A stretch of 64,000 bases of DNA from Flectonema sp. DT1601. Lineage: Eukaryota. Location: the NCBI GenBank assembly GCA_964019425.1, contig OZ025794.1, positions 930,001-994,000 on the forward strand. Reading direction: 5' to 3'. The position numbers and the translations under genes are program-made. This document shows positions 10,381 through 22,731 of the stretch, one piece after another (position 1 is the first letter of the stretch; each line of letters opens with the position of its first letter). The notes beneath the pieces were generated by a model. That model made no database searches. It saw only the letters and a program-made list of their open reading frames with translations, and was not told where the DNA came from.

Positions 10381-12000
10381 TATGCAATAAATTGAAAAAC
10401 GAATTACAAACATGACTAACTTTTACCCCATCGAATTAATATGTAAAGTGTATCGATTGTATTTTAACTTTTGAAGACTACCCATCACATGCTAACATAA
10501 TTTATAACAACCTGGAGAGGATAGTTTATAATTCGAAAAGTAAAATTCACACTACATATCATGACTAAGGTTATCAACAGGTCCCGCGCAAGAACAAGCT
10601 GCGGTTTTATAAGACCCATCGCTGGATAGAATTGGTACTGATTATTCAGCGAAATGAGAACGACGAATGGGTTCTATGGTTTCCTACGATGCGCACCGTG
10701 CAAGAATCGCTTAAAACACAATTTCTAAGGAAGGTTTCACTACGAGGGGTGTTTATGAGCAATCACAAACCAAGACCCAGTTAAAAAAAGAAGAAATAGC
10801 TAGTAGAGAGTGCAGGAAAAACAACAACAACAACAGCCTTCAACTACCATGCAGATGTTGATTAACTCATCTCAGAAGGATTTCGCATTGATTCGTCTTT
10901 GAACTGCAACATAGCTTTTCGGGGGGAAATACGGGGAGGTTAATTGTTCGATTTTGTGCGTAAATACAAATGTATTGTATCATACAACATAACGATAACT
11001 TAACATTAGTTCTAAGATACAGTGACTAAAGGTAATGTTAGTGTAGGTATACACTCTACAATTGACGTAAATACTTTATATTATTATTATAAATGTTTCT
11101 AACTTTGCTGCATACACATTTCGATCTCCGTGTTCATTCAGTGCAGCACGGAATCAATGGCGAATTACGTGAGCCCTGGTAAACCAAAACCAGAGGTAAA
11201 ATGCGGCAGAGGTAGGCTTCAGCTACAAATTATTTGCTTAAATCAACAATTCTTATTAGCAAAAATTGCTAGTTCGTAGTACACTACTATCGGAGCACTC
11301 ACCTTAAAGAACTCAAGGTAGTACGGGGGGGTAATTTGATAGAAGGGGACTTGGATAAATAAATCAAGGTTGGGGGATGAAAGAAAAAAAGGAAGGGAAA
11401 TAATGAAAAAAAATAAAGAAAACGGAAAAAGTATTGTTAATTCACCCAGAAGAAGCAAATGGACCGGAAACACAAATAAACGGAAAAAAAGGGTGGGAAC
11501 AAAGGTATTTTACTTTCGTTCTTGTCTCCGATTATTGAGTAAGTAATAAGAGGAACCACACGAGCTACGTACGATAAACACGTCACATAAGGGATTGAGG
11601 GGAAAGAGAACGAAAATTAAACAAGCGGTTCTATTGTTATTCTTTTTGTTGTTGTTTTTTTTTTTTTTTTTTGTTTTTTAATAACATTCACGATTTGTAC
11701 ACATCAAGGCACTGCGCGTATAGAAAAAGACGTACAAACACACACAAAAAAACAAAAAGGGGAAAAAAAAATGAATATCTTCCTCACTTATGTTTGAGGA
11801 ACATAAGCGAACAATACGTGCAGTGGTCGTTAACCCTACGGTATTCAAACTCAATATCACAAGCATCCTTCTTCATAAAATACTGAGGTCCACTTGCACG
11901 AAGATTTAGATAAAGCCAACAAAAAAGAAGTCGCAAACATAAGAAAAAAAAGGAAATGTAAAGCAACTCAACAAGCCAGTTTTACAGGAGGTGTGAAGTT

Positions 12001-14019
12001 TTATAAATTAATTGACTGGTGAATGTGGATATCAATTACTGATGATCCAATACCAACAGTGAAGCTACCTCTTTGCAATACCCAAGAGGAAGATGTTACT
12101 TCAAAAATTGAGCGACTTCTCGTCGATAATGTTAGACAAACATTTTGACTCTGTCCTGGCTGTAGTGAAATCTTTTTAAACCCTTTCAACTGTGATGGTG
12201 GCTCACCTGCTGATGGTGGGAATGTTAAGTACATTTGAGGAACAACTTTACCTGCAACCGATCCACTGTTTAAAACAGAAAAGCAAACAGACTTATCATC
12301 GCCTGTGCTGTTTGTAATCTTTATGTTTGAGTAAGAAAATGAAGTATAACTCAACCCATGACCAAATGGATATTTCGGAACAATTTTATGAGCAGAATAC
12401 CAACGGTATCCAACGTTAAGTTTTTCACTATACTTTGAGTGTTTATTAATACCAGGGTATTGTGATGGAGTAAACTGCATTTCATTTTCAATGTTAGGAA
12501 GAGTCATTGGCAGACGACCACTTGGATTAACATCACCAAATAAAACATTAACAGCTGCAGTACCTTCTTCCTGACCAGGCATAATCATAAGCATAACAGA
12601 AGGGATCGTAATATCCCAATCTGTTAAGACTGCTCCAGGAGTAATACCAATAGCAACTGTCTTAGGTTGATTCTGAGATACAATCTTTGCGACGTTAATT
12701 TCATCAGTCGGGAATTGAAGGTCTTTACGATCCTTTCCTTCTCCACTGATAGTGGCCAATACCACAATACTGACATCGGATGCCTTTGCTAAGTCTGCAA
12801 TCTGAGATTCATTACTTCCATCGTAGAATGTCACTTGAGCATTCGGCATTCTATTCTTTAGTGCCTCTAATATAGTAGTCTGGTGAGTAGGGTGGACTTC
12901 TCCAGAGCCTTTTCCTCCAGTGATAGGCTTCGTTGACGCTGGTGCGTTAAACACCGCAATCTTTGAAATTGTTGAAGGCAAAGGTAACAAACTGTTGTTA
13001 TTCTTTAATAAAATAACAGCATCAGATGCGAGTCTGGCAGCGGATTGCTTGTGAGCGATGCTGGTGACGTTGGTGGCTGGTGTTCCAGGAAACTTACTTC
13101 TGTTGAACATTCCGATCTCGAACATTGAAGTTAAGATGTTTGTCACCTTTTCATCAACAAAAGACTCAGGAATACGCTTTTCTTCAACTTCAATCTTCAA
13201 AGGTTCGCCAAAGTGAAGACCCATTGGCATTTCCTGATCAAGTCCATTGATTGCAGCAGTTCTTACTGAATGTGTTGCCATCCAGTCACTCATTACCCAT
13301 CCTTTGTATCCCCAGTCCTTTCTTAATAAAGTTCTTAGTGTTGAGTTGTGTTGGCAACTGTGTTCTCCGTTAATCAAATTGTATGAACACATGACTGTTA
13401 GAACTCCAGCATCAACAGCTGATTCAAAAGGCGGTGCGTAAATCTCTCTCAGAGTACGTTCATCAACGTCACTGGATGAAGTGGTTCGGTCAGTTTCTTG
13501 GTTGTTTAAGATAAAGTGTTTTAAGTTAGCCATCACTCCCTTTTTCTGAATTGCCTGGATAATAGGAGCAACAAGAGTAGCACCGAGTGTTGGATCTTCA
13601 CCCGAGATGTACTCAAAGTTACGACCATTTTGAGGTACTCTAGCGACACACACAGCAGGTCCTAAAAGAATATCAGCACCTTTTCCGACGAACTCATCAG
13701 CCATGTTTGATGCCCACTCTGTAACTGCTGCAACATCCCATGTTGCAGCAATTCCGAGACCGCTGGGCCATTGTGTGCTCGTTCCATGGTAATAGGCTGC
13801 ACGAAATCCTTGGGGACCATCATTCATTCTAATATCTGGAATCTTTAATTTATCATTTCCTTTAATCTCACCAACGTAGTGATCTTTCACATCGTCTAGT
13901 TCTGTTCCGTGAAGCATTCTGATCTTATCAGAGAGATTCATCTTCTCTAACAGAGCTGCAGCTCTTTGAGCCGGACTCTGCGACATCGCAAGGGCAGCGA
14001 GTAGTACTGTCGCTGACAT
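12001..14019 (-). CDS. Secreted glycoside hydrolase family 3 beta-glucosidase (672 aa)
   Basis: Signal-like N-terminus. GH3 motifs DGPQG, GRNFEY.SGEDP, KHF..N, MCSYN and nucleophile VMSDW. Putative acid/base in SGEGKDR. C-terminal FnIII-like domain (QLKGFKKI). No intron. Confidence 0.95.
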   Translation of the reverse strand: MSATVLLAALAMSQSPAQRAAALLEKMNLSDKIRMLHGTELDDVKDHYVGEIKGNDKLKIPDIRMNDGPQGFRAAYYHGTSTQWPSGLGIAATWDVAAVTEWASNMADEFVGKGADILLGPAVCVARVPQNGRNFEYISGEDPTLGATLVAPIIQAIQKKGVMANLKHFILNNQETDRTTSSSDVDERTLREIYAPPFESAVDAGVLTVMCSYNLINGEHSCQHNSTLRTLLRKDWGYKGWVMSDWMATHSVRTAAINGLDQEMPMGLHFGEPLKIEVEEKRIPESFVDEKVTNILTSMFEIGMFNRSKFPGTPATNVTSIAHKQSAARLASDAVILLKNNNSLLPLPSTISKIAVFNAPASTKPITGGKGSGEVHPTHQTTILEALKNRMPNAQVTFYDGSNESQIADLAKASDVSIVVLATISGEGKDRKDLQFPTDEINVAKIVSQNQPKTVAIGITPGAVLTDWDITIPSVMLMIMPGQEEGTAAVNVLFGDVNPSGRLPMTLPNIENEMQFTPSQYPGINKHSKYSEKLNVGYRWYSAHKIVPKYPFGHGLSYTSFSYSNIKITNSTGDDKSVCFSVLNSGSVAGKVVPQMYLTFPPSAGEPPSQLKGFKKISLQPGQSQNVCLTLSTRSRSIFEVTSSSWVLQRGSFTVGIGSSVIDIHIHQSINL

Positions 14020-16300
14020 TTTTTTTTTTTTTGTTTAATAAGTAGGTCCTTGATTTTGAGAATGAAATAATTTATTTAAAACCATCCTAGTTCGATCCTT
14101 GACTCAACATCATTGCTGGATTAGAAGTAATTGTAGCGTTCGATCGCATAATAACACCCACTATATCAACTGACGTGCAGTATCTGAAGCCGTTCGCTCA
14201 AGTTAGATTTAAAGGGGAAACAAAATAGGGAAAGAAAAAAGACCAACGCAAAAGCAAACGAAAAAAAAAGAAGGGGGAAAATAAAAAACTTTTTTTATAA
14301 ATCCGTCTCCCCCTGCTCTATCACAGTTTCACTTCCAAGTTGGAGTAAAAGCAACAGCAAAAGGGGAACATAAAATAAAATAAAAAAAACGGGTAGAAAA
14401 AGATGAGAGATGACACAACTAACATCAGTAGGGATATTCTGATTTTTTCTGATTTTTTTTTTTTTTTTTTGTTAATTTGCATTGTAGATTTAGACGACGG
14501 TGATAAAAAACCATAAAATCTTGCACGAATATAGTTTGCAAAAAAAAATAGTGGAACTTAATAGTTGCTGCTCTAGGCGTTGGTTTTAAAAAAAAAAAGT
14601 AAAAAAAAAGTTAATTTGTTGTGGTAAAAAGGGGTAATAAGAAAGTATCACGCTGAAACATAAGCATGATAAAAAATAAAATTAAAAACAACTCATTTCC
14701 TCAATCGGTTGCCTAAAACAACAGCTTTTTCCGTTGTAGGTGTGCACTGCCAAACGCAGTACTACGAAAGCTATTCACAGGATACTAATATAAACATAAT
14801 TACACAATTTCATTGAATTTATTACTGTACACAGCAAACCAATAAATCCCACAATCACTTATGCAGGAATGGCTCAAACAGGGTTACACAGAATGGCGTA
14901 TGATGATAAAGATACAGAGGGCTCACAGTTGCTACCACTGTTATCTCTTTTTTTTAGAAACACACCTTATCAGTGGAGACGCGGGTTAGGTTCAATAAAT
15001 GGAAAGACACCTCATCAAAGGTAGCAGACCACTACCATAGCAAACAGAGTCTATAAAAGACTGTATATACGCGTCTAATAGAACGAAAGAGGATAACGCA
15101 GACGTTTCACACTGCACCGTTAGAACAATGAATCACATGTGAGAAACATAATCTGCAAAAACCCAGGGAGAACAATACTCTTCACTACGATAGTATTATT
15201 TTTTTTCATTTTACAATAGACAGACCATTGCAATGGCAGTGTTGGTGTATTTGGGAGAGAATTTCACCAACGAGGCATGCCTCACTTATTTTTTTTTTTT
15301 TTTTTTAAAGATAGATCAAAAACCATCGCATGAACATAACAAGAGGAATGGTTAAATGAATAGAAGTGTTGGTGTATAATGGGGAAAGACCTTCACTACT
15401 AGCGATGTCGAAGTCTTTATCAAAAAAAAAAAAAAAACTAAAAACTAAAAAAAACACCTGTTTCGATGAACCTAACATTGCTAAGCGCTGTACATACATA
15501 AGGGAAAGAGCAGCTTAACTATACTTGTGTGTTTTTTTTTTTTTTTTTTTTTAAATTCACAAGCTAGTGACAAGAAGACTATGGTTCCTTCCGAATGAGA
15601 TAACAATGTCACTACATAAAGTAAAAAGGTCTTCCAAGAGGTAACAGAAATATCAATTTATTGTATTCAATAAATAATGGGATAATTCGGATGACAAGTA
15701 ATTTTAAAAAGGATTCCTTTTTCTTTAGAATTGGTAATAACCTTTTTTTTCCTGTTATTTTCTTCCTGTTTTTTTTAAACACAACCGTCATCTTTATACT
15801 AGGGATAAATAATAGTTTTTTTTATTTTTATAATTTATTATACCTTTTTTTTTTTTTTTTTTTTTCCCCATCAAAGAAGAGAAAAGAAAAATGAATGAAA
15901 TTAAAACTGAAGTGATACACAATACATACAACACACACACAAGCTTGCGTGTAACAAGTAAGCTAGTTTTTGGTGACAGAAAAAACTTACTAAAAGATCA
16001 AAATGTCCTTATCCGATAAAAACAGTCAAAAAAAAAATAAAAGAAAGCTTCCTATGGGATAACAGAAAACAGCTACGCATAACAAGAACTGCTCTCAAGT
16101 CAAACGTCGCACCGTATGGTGGAAACTTGAACAACTACACACACCAACTCTAAAAAAAAAAAAAAAAAAAGAAAAATTAATAAATAGAGAGGAAAAGTAC
16201 ATCCAACGCGATCCCAGGTCATCTCTCCAAGTAAAGCAGTAATAATAAATAATTTCAACATCAGGATGGAGAGGGCGTTTTTTTTTTTTTTTTTTAAATA

Positions 16301-16435
16301 CCAAGGAGAAAACAAATGCTGTAAGTTCTTTTGCTTTTCTTTGTCAGCTGCAATTCAAGAAACTGGTAGTCTTTAAAAGTAAGCTGCTTCCTGTCGCAGT
16401 TGTAAAATCTGAGTAAACACCACCCTACTTCATGC
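16301..16435 (-). repeat. Dispersed ~140-nt structured element, copy 1
   Basis: Shares GAAAACA.ATGCTG, TTTGTCAGCTG.AATTC, GGTAGTCTTTAAAAGT, TCCTGTC.CAGT and TAAACAC in the same order with 19691-19835. Confidence 0.75.
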
Positions 16436-19400
16436 GAACAGTGAAACTTTCTTTTTTTTTTTTTGGGCTCATGAGTGAGACCCAAGACAAGACGAGTGAA
16501 AAAAAACGAGTCTATGAAAAGTGAGATTAAATTCACCGGTAACAAAATGGGGGGGGGAAAATGAGAGCAAAAGAAATACAAAAAAAAAAAAAAAAAGCGG
16601 GAGATTTACTTTTTTCCTTTTCGAAAAATGCATGCATGTTTATTGATCTTGTTTGGGCGAAATCAGGAACATTGGCATACCTCAAAGAAGGGGAAAAGCT
16701 CTTCCTTCCTTCGCAACGTTAACCTATTTAAGACTCTAAAGTAAGTCAACAATCTTTCAGTCATAAGCACTGAAACGTTTAAAAATGATATAAAAAACAA
16801 CAGCGGATTGTAACTTTTATGTGTCCAAGTAAAAGGGAACTAAGGTCCGTTTGAAAAGAGAGAATAAAAAGAAATGTTATGTTAGGGTAATGAAGGGGGA
16901 TGTTAGTCAGTATTAATGGTTATCAGTCAAAAGAAGGGGAGAGGGCGGGAAAATTAGCTAGGATGTGAAACTTTAAAAATGTAAAAAGAACAATAACAAC
17001 TTTAGGTATTAATACCTAGCTGATTGGAGAAGGAAAAAAAAAAGGGGGACAGAAACCCGCACAACGTTTCTTTTTTCTGGCGAAGCATTTGCGCAAAGGC
17101 TACACAGGAAGATCGGGATTAAAATTGAAGGTACTATATGGGAAATAATAATTGTTTGAGTATATGTATATCACCATACGGGAGAGGGAACTCTTAAAAT
17201 GGAATATTAATAATTCGTTTAAGAAACTCACAAAGACATAGTTTAGTTAATTAATGGTCATTTAGATAGTCAGAAAAATACAGAACTGACGACTAAAGAG
17301 GGGTCTGGGCAGTAAGGATTGTAGTTAATAGCTTCGGCTGTGATCGACTCCCAGCTCCCACCTTGCCCAGAGGCGAACAGGTTGAAAACATTCAAAGAAA
17401 ATAAAAGAGAAATGATCTGGGAGTGGGGGAATGTGAAAAAAACAAAAAACAAAAATTATTCCATATCCATGTACAGCATCTTTCTTTATACCATATTCCC
17501 ATAGCATAGTCATAATTGTGGGCTTACCAAAATTATAAAAAGTACCACAAAAATTGGGCAGCACTAGCCGTATCACTCAGCAAGAAATGAAAACAAAAGG
17601 ATCAGGTAAGATGACAGTCAGTTTATAGTCACAACTGAGCCGGACCTATTATGATGTTAATATACGGAGAGAGAGAGAGAAAAGAAAGAAAAAGAAGAAG
17701 AAAAAACTATTCTCGCTCTTTGAGGCAAAGGATCAACTGCATTTAAAGACGCTGACCTGCCTGAAGTAAGAGATTTGAAAACTAAATCGACGACGTAAAA
17801 AAAAAACTCGGTTTTTTAAATAATAATAAAAAATATTAATATAGTTTGGAAAATAATATTCCATTCACAGCATACATGCAACACAGTGAGATGAGTTGAA
17901 CTAACATATAAAGCAAGAATACTACAACTAACTGGTAACGATAAACAAGAAGAAAATAAAAGACCAGCAAGTTGTGTTATACGAAGTACTATAAAGTGTT
18001 GATTTAAGAAAAAACAACAACAACAAAACAAAAAAAAATAATGATTTATAAAAAAAAAAAAGGAATAAGAACCGCCCAGTGTGCAAGCAGCTGTCAATCG
18101 TTGCTGGCATTCTCAGATGGGTATCCTGAATTAAGATTGCAAAAGAAAAAAATAATAAAAATAAAAACTGTAACGAGTAGGTTCAAGAAACAATTTGCCA
18201 TATACCACAACAAAATACCATACAAAAACAGAAGTCCATATGACTTGATGTATCTTGAGCCCAAGGATACAACCAACACTTAACAAAAACAGAAAGTAAC
18301 AAAAAGAAATGTAATCATTTTTCACAGAGGAACCACCACAAGCAACAGACATGGATAAGTGAGATAAACATACAATGAAGGCCATTATTACATAGCATTG
18401 GGAACATTGCTTCAACATAAGTGGAATAAGAACAAAAAGAAAATGACCAACAAGAAATTGACCACGTTTGTGCCACGAGATTATTATCGGAAAATTTTCT
18501 TCTTTTTTTTCCCATTCTTCTTGTCTGCTGTTTTTTTTTTTTTTTTTTTTACAACTAAACAAAAAGAAAGAAAAAAGAAAACACCTCACCTCAGGTCAAG
18601 GAAACAAAAAAAAAACACCGAAAGTGTGCACACTCGGTGAATGTTCACCGAGAAAGCGGAACCCGCAATTACCATAACTTCTCTCTCAGAACTAGCAAAG
18701 CAACTAAAAGCAGAGCTTGCTAACAACAGGGAGAGAACTTTGCGCTTAATAATACTGGGATAAAGACTTTTACAAAAGAAAAAGTGGAAAAAAAAAAAAA
18801 AAAAAATTAAAAAAAATTGAGCTAAAAAGTGCGAGTACAGTGCAAAGCTGTTGTCATTTTTTTTTTTTTGCCTGCTAAGAAAACCTTTCACCTCGTACGT
18901 GGTTTTTTTTTTTTTTGCAAAATGCTTTCAACTGTGCATTAAATTCACACCTTCTGAGTTAAAATGTGTACCAAATAACAAACAACAAATTAAATGCAAT
19001 CACTCAATTCACGTTAAGTGAGTTCATCCAATATAATTTTAGCATTCTTCCGTTTATTTATTTTTTTCTGCTTCGACAACATTGTCCAGTATGAAATAAA
19101 AATAAAAGGAGAGTCCATATATTTTTTTGCATCTGTATTACACAAAAAAAAACAAAAAAAAATTGAGGGAAAATAGGTAGAAAGGTTCATGTGAATAAGC
19201 ACCTCCTGCGCATGAGTAAAACGAGTTTCGCACAAAATAAATTTAAAAAAAAAAAAAACAGATTTCCAGCAGCCTTGCTCCCAGGAACTGTCCGTTTTTC
19301 TTGCGCATGTCAGTTTCATAAGAGAAACTATTGATCAAAATAAAAGAAAAAACAGATTGCAATACCAACAAGTGAATTATTGGCGGGAAAAGAGATCGCG

Positions 19401-19690
19401 GGGTCGCATGGTGCATACAAACAATGTAGAAGGGAAAAAGGAGAAAAAAAACATGAATCTGCTGTCTCTTACACACAATTTCCCCCTTCTTTTTATTTAC
19501 AAAAAACTCTTAAAGAAATGTATAAAAGTGGACACTTGAAGAGAATCACAATAACATGAATGTGCGACTACCAATAACTACAACAAATAATTGAAGAAAA
19601 GACTTCTATTGAAAAATGAAATAGCCAACCACACGATTAGTATCACGAGTTCATTTCTTTTTTTGTGTTTGCTTGTTTGTTTGTTCTTTT

Positions 19691-19835
19691 CCATGTTGGA
19701 GGAAAACACATGCTGGTTGCTTTTTTTTGTCAGCTGGAATTCCATCTGAGAAAACCGGTAGTCTTTAAAAGTGTAAGCGAGCCTCCTGTCACAGTCGTGT
19801 GGAGAGGAAATAAACACGAAGTTAAGCTCTCATGA
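19691..19835 (-). repeat. Dispersed ~140-nt structured element, copy 2
   Basis: Diverged direct repeat of 16301-16435. The flanks are unrelated. Confidence 0.75.
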
Positions 19836-20289
19836 CACTACTCTCGCACTGGCGCGCCACTTTGTCACTAACCTTGTGTTCAGCACTCTTTGTGACGGTT
19901 GTTATTTATCCAAATCTTTTTCTTTCTTTTCTTTTTTTCTTTTTCGCACGCAGTCAGTTTCAGCCCTTGATGCAGCCAGTCCAATTTTTCTTTCCCGCAA
20001 TATTGTCATTGGTAAGTACAAGTGAAAAAGAAAAAGGGGTACAATAGGAAAAGGGAAAGAAGAAAAAGGAAATAACATAGCATTAAGTGCATAGAGGTCG
20101 CTGAGAGAGTACATTGTCGGTTTTCGGCATGTCGAGGGAAGCACATGTATGATATAGATAGATTCGACTCGAACACAAGCTGAGGTCGAAATTATGAAAA
20201 TAATAAAAGAAATCTTCTTAAATATATGTAACAATAGGTGGTAACACAAATAGGGTAAGAACTCCGTCCAGCTTATCGCTAAACCTATG

Positions 20290-20355
20290 GGCTCAGCAAA
20301 ATTCCACACGTCGTCATAGTTTTCTGCGAAAGTCTAATACTTTTCATCATATCGG
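20290..20355 (-). ncRNA. Candidate box C/D snoRNA
   Basis: C AUGAUGA (20350-20344), 17 nt, D' CAGA (20326-20323), 5 nt, C' AUGACGA (20317-20311), 14 nt, D CUGA (20296-20293). Confidence 0.5.
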
Positions 20356-20382
20356 AATCCATGAGTCTTAGCTAAGAAGATA

Positions 20383-22731
20383 TTAGCTTATTACACAACA
20401 ACCGTCACATCCTTTTACCTTTCTTTTCTTCTTCTTTTCTGATGATTTAGATTCTTCATTATCGTTTTCTTTCAATTTAGACAACAGAGTGTTACTCAGA
20501 AAGATATCCTCGTCTCGATAAAATGCCGACAACGGAGCAACCGAAAGCGGCTGAACAAGATCAGAAGGAAGCTTTCCCTTGTAAGTAGGAATAGAAGGAG
20601 AAGCACCTTTCTTAACTAAGTACATGGCTATTTTGAAATGCCGTTGTAAGCAGGCACAAAAAAGTGCAGTTTCACCATTATCATTTCTGTGATTGATGTC
20701 AGCACCTCCTTCGTCGACGAGCATATCGATAGTTTGAATATCTTCAGAACGGACAGCATAAAACAGAGGAGGTTCACCACTACCATCAGGCATATTAACT
20801 GATTGAGGGATGGCTGACATCACTGCATTCACTATCGATGGAATTCCTAACGAACTCGCTCTGTGTAGAGGAAAAGCATAGTTCGTACTCTCATTACTGT
20901 TTTCTAACAGTAGGTTTATCAGTTCCATTTTACAACTATTTATCGCCAGTAAAAGTGGTGTTTCTACATCACTGTTTACAACTTGTAAACTTGCTTTGTG
21001 AGAAATCAACATTCTAGCAATCGGTACATGACCCAACAAACACGATAAATGTAACGAAGTGTTGCCATCATTATCTGTTGGTGAGACACGAGCTCCTGAT
21101 TGAAGTAGCAGTTTTACTACTTCAACATGTCCTCTCATAGTTGCTTTCATAAGAGGTGTTTGATTCTTTGCATTCAAATGATTAGCATCAGCACCATGAG
21201 ATAATAATAATTCAACAATCCCACTATTTCCAATTGTACAGGCGCGCGTTATGATTGGTTCAGTACCGATGACTTCATGATCAAGAGCTCCATGTTGTAC
21301 TAATAGTGATGTAATTTCATGATGTGAATTATTAACAGCAAACCACAGAGCGGTATCACGTGCTACTGAACTAGCCGAGACATTACTTTTACATTCAAGT
21401 AGATGTTCTACTACAGAAAGCAACTGAAGCTGTGAGGCTCTTATAAGTGGCGTGTGACCTGAGAAATCCGCAACTTCAATACAAGAAGACGATTTCGTGA
21501 GCTCCTTTACTATTTCCAGACATTCTACACCTGATGAGAGGGATGCTAGTAAGGCTGTGTCACCTCTGTTTGATTGAGCATTCGCATTTATTCCCAACTC
21601 ACACAACACTTTTACAACGTCTACATGACCATGTAAAGCAGCATAGTGAAGTGATGTCTCACCTCTTGAATTCCTAACATTTAAATTAGTTCCCTCAGCA
21701 TTCGCTAACATCTTAACTATGTTGGCTGCTCCTGAAGATGCCGCAACCATCATTGCGGTTTCCATGTATTTTGTTATGATGCTGCAGTCAGCAGCGGCAT
21801 CGATAAGCGCAACAGCTACTTTACTGTAGCCCTTAATGCATGATCTGAATAGTGGAGATTCGGAAATGTTATTTAAAATGTTTACATCAGCCCCTTCTGA
21901 TATAAGATACTGCACAACTGAAATATGACCTTCTGATGCTGCAGATAGTAGTGGCGTTTCTTGAAAGTTATTTTGGGTATTTATGTCACTTCCGTGGACT
22001 ACTAACAGTTTTACAATCGCTAGGTTACCAGCAAAGGCTGCGGCAAGGAGTGGTGTTGAGTTGTGCGGTCCTCGATTTTCTGAGTCTGCTCCATTTTTAA
22101 TCAAAACTCTTGCAATGTTGAAATAATTATTCTCACAAGCTGCATACAGTGGAGATCCTAATGAAGATATTCCTTTGTGATTTATGTCAAGAGCAGGTTC
22201 ACTCAGAAGGTACTCTAAAACATCAATTCGACCACTCTTTGCAGCTCTCGTAAGTGGAGACTCTGCAGTGTTGTTAATCTTTGTTTTAATCTCTGGATCT
22301 TCTTGATACAATTTCATAAGTTCTTTTACAGTGTGGAGATGACCACTTCCTGCTGCTGCTAATAATGCTGTTTCTTGTGATTGCTCAGCATCATATGGCA
22401 CTCCAGCATCAACATAAAAGGTAACGAGATCCCCTCCTCTAGACGCCTCGCTTATTAAATTGCTTATTGTTGGTTTTGAGTTTTGAAGTCTTAACATTGC
22501 AGCTGCTTTCTTTGTAGGAATTGCTTCGATTTCTTGTCCCTCGTGAATTCCTTTTTCAACTAAAACATCGTCGGGTTGTAAGAAACGACCTTCTAGCTTA
22601 AGATCAAAGCTATCAATATTCATTCCTTCACTGTCTGCAACAAGTTGTTTTACATCAGCGGTTGTTGTTTCCTCGCTGATAGGAACCCCCACTTCACTGT
22701 CGCAAATCCTGACAGATATGCATAGCGACAT
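20383..22731 (-). CDS. Ubiquitin-like domain + long ankyrin-repeat protein with polybasic CaaX tail (782 aa)
   Basis: N-terminal ~70 aa is Ubl-like (TTTADVKQLV...LKLEGRFLQPDDVLVEKGIHEGQEI). Many TPL..A...G...VV..L repeats follow. Ends KKKKRKVKGCDGCCVIS*. Confidence 0.92.
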   Translation of the reverse strand: MSLCISVRICDSEVGVPISEETTTADVKQLVADSEGMNIDSFDLKLEGRFLQPDDVLVEKGIHEGQEIEAIPTKKAAAMLRLQNSKPTISNLISEASRGGDLVTFYVDAGVPYDAEQSQETALLAAAGSGHLHTVKELMKLYQEDPEIKTKINNTAESPLTRAAKSGRIDVLEYLLSEPALDINHKGISSLGSPLYAACENNYFNIARVLIKNGADSENRGPHNSTPLLAAAFAGNLAIVKLLVVHGSDINTQNNFQETPLLSAASEGHISVVQYLISEGADVNILNNISESPLFRSCIKGYSKVAVALIDAAADCSIITKYMETAMMVAASSGAANIVKMLANAEGTNLNVRNSRGETSLHYAALHGHVDVVKVLCELGINANAQSNRGDTALLASLSSGVECLEIVKELTKSSSCIEVADFSGHTPLIRASQLQLLSVVEHLLECKSNVSASSVARDTALWFAVNNSHHEITSLLVQHGALDHEVIGTEPIITRACTIGNSGIVELLLSHGADANHLNAKNQTPLMKATMRGHVEVVKLLLQSGARVSPTDNDGNTSLHLSCLLGHVPIARMLISHKASLQVVNSDVETPLLLAINSCKMELINLLLENSNESTNYAFPLHRASSLGIPSIVNAVMSAIPQSVNMPDGSGEPPLFYAVRSEDIQTIDMLVDEGGADINHRNDNGETALFCACLQRHFKIAMYLVKKGASPSIPTYKGKLPSDLVQPLSVAPLSAFYRDEDIFLSNTLLSKLKENDNEESKSSEKKKKRKVKGCDGCCVIS

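Noticed and set aside
14965..15022. Second C/D snoRNA candidate (UUGAUGA...CUGA, minus strand)
   Set aside because: Only ~49 nt, no recognisable C'/D' boxes and no evident guide.
17301..18740. Hairpins ending in AGA near 17304, 17712 and 18680 as H/ACA-like guides
   Set aside because: No open bipartite pocket at 14-16 nt from the AGA. Kept only as generic hairpins.
16294..19817. Similar peptides (CDR...TFKDY.F...QLTKKS) in ORFs 16294-16581 and 19578-19817 as duplicated exons
   Set aside because: No shared splice sites or starts. The similarity is better explained by the DNA-level repeat.
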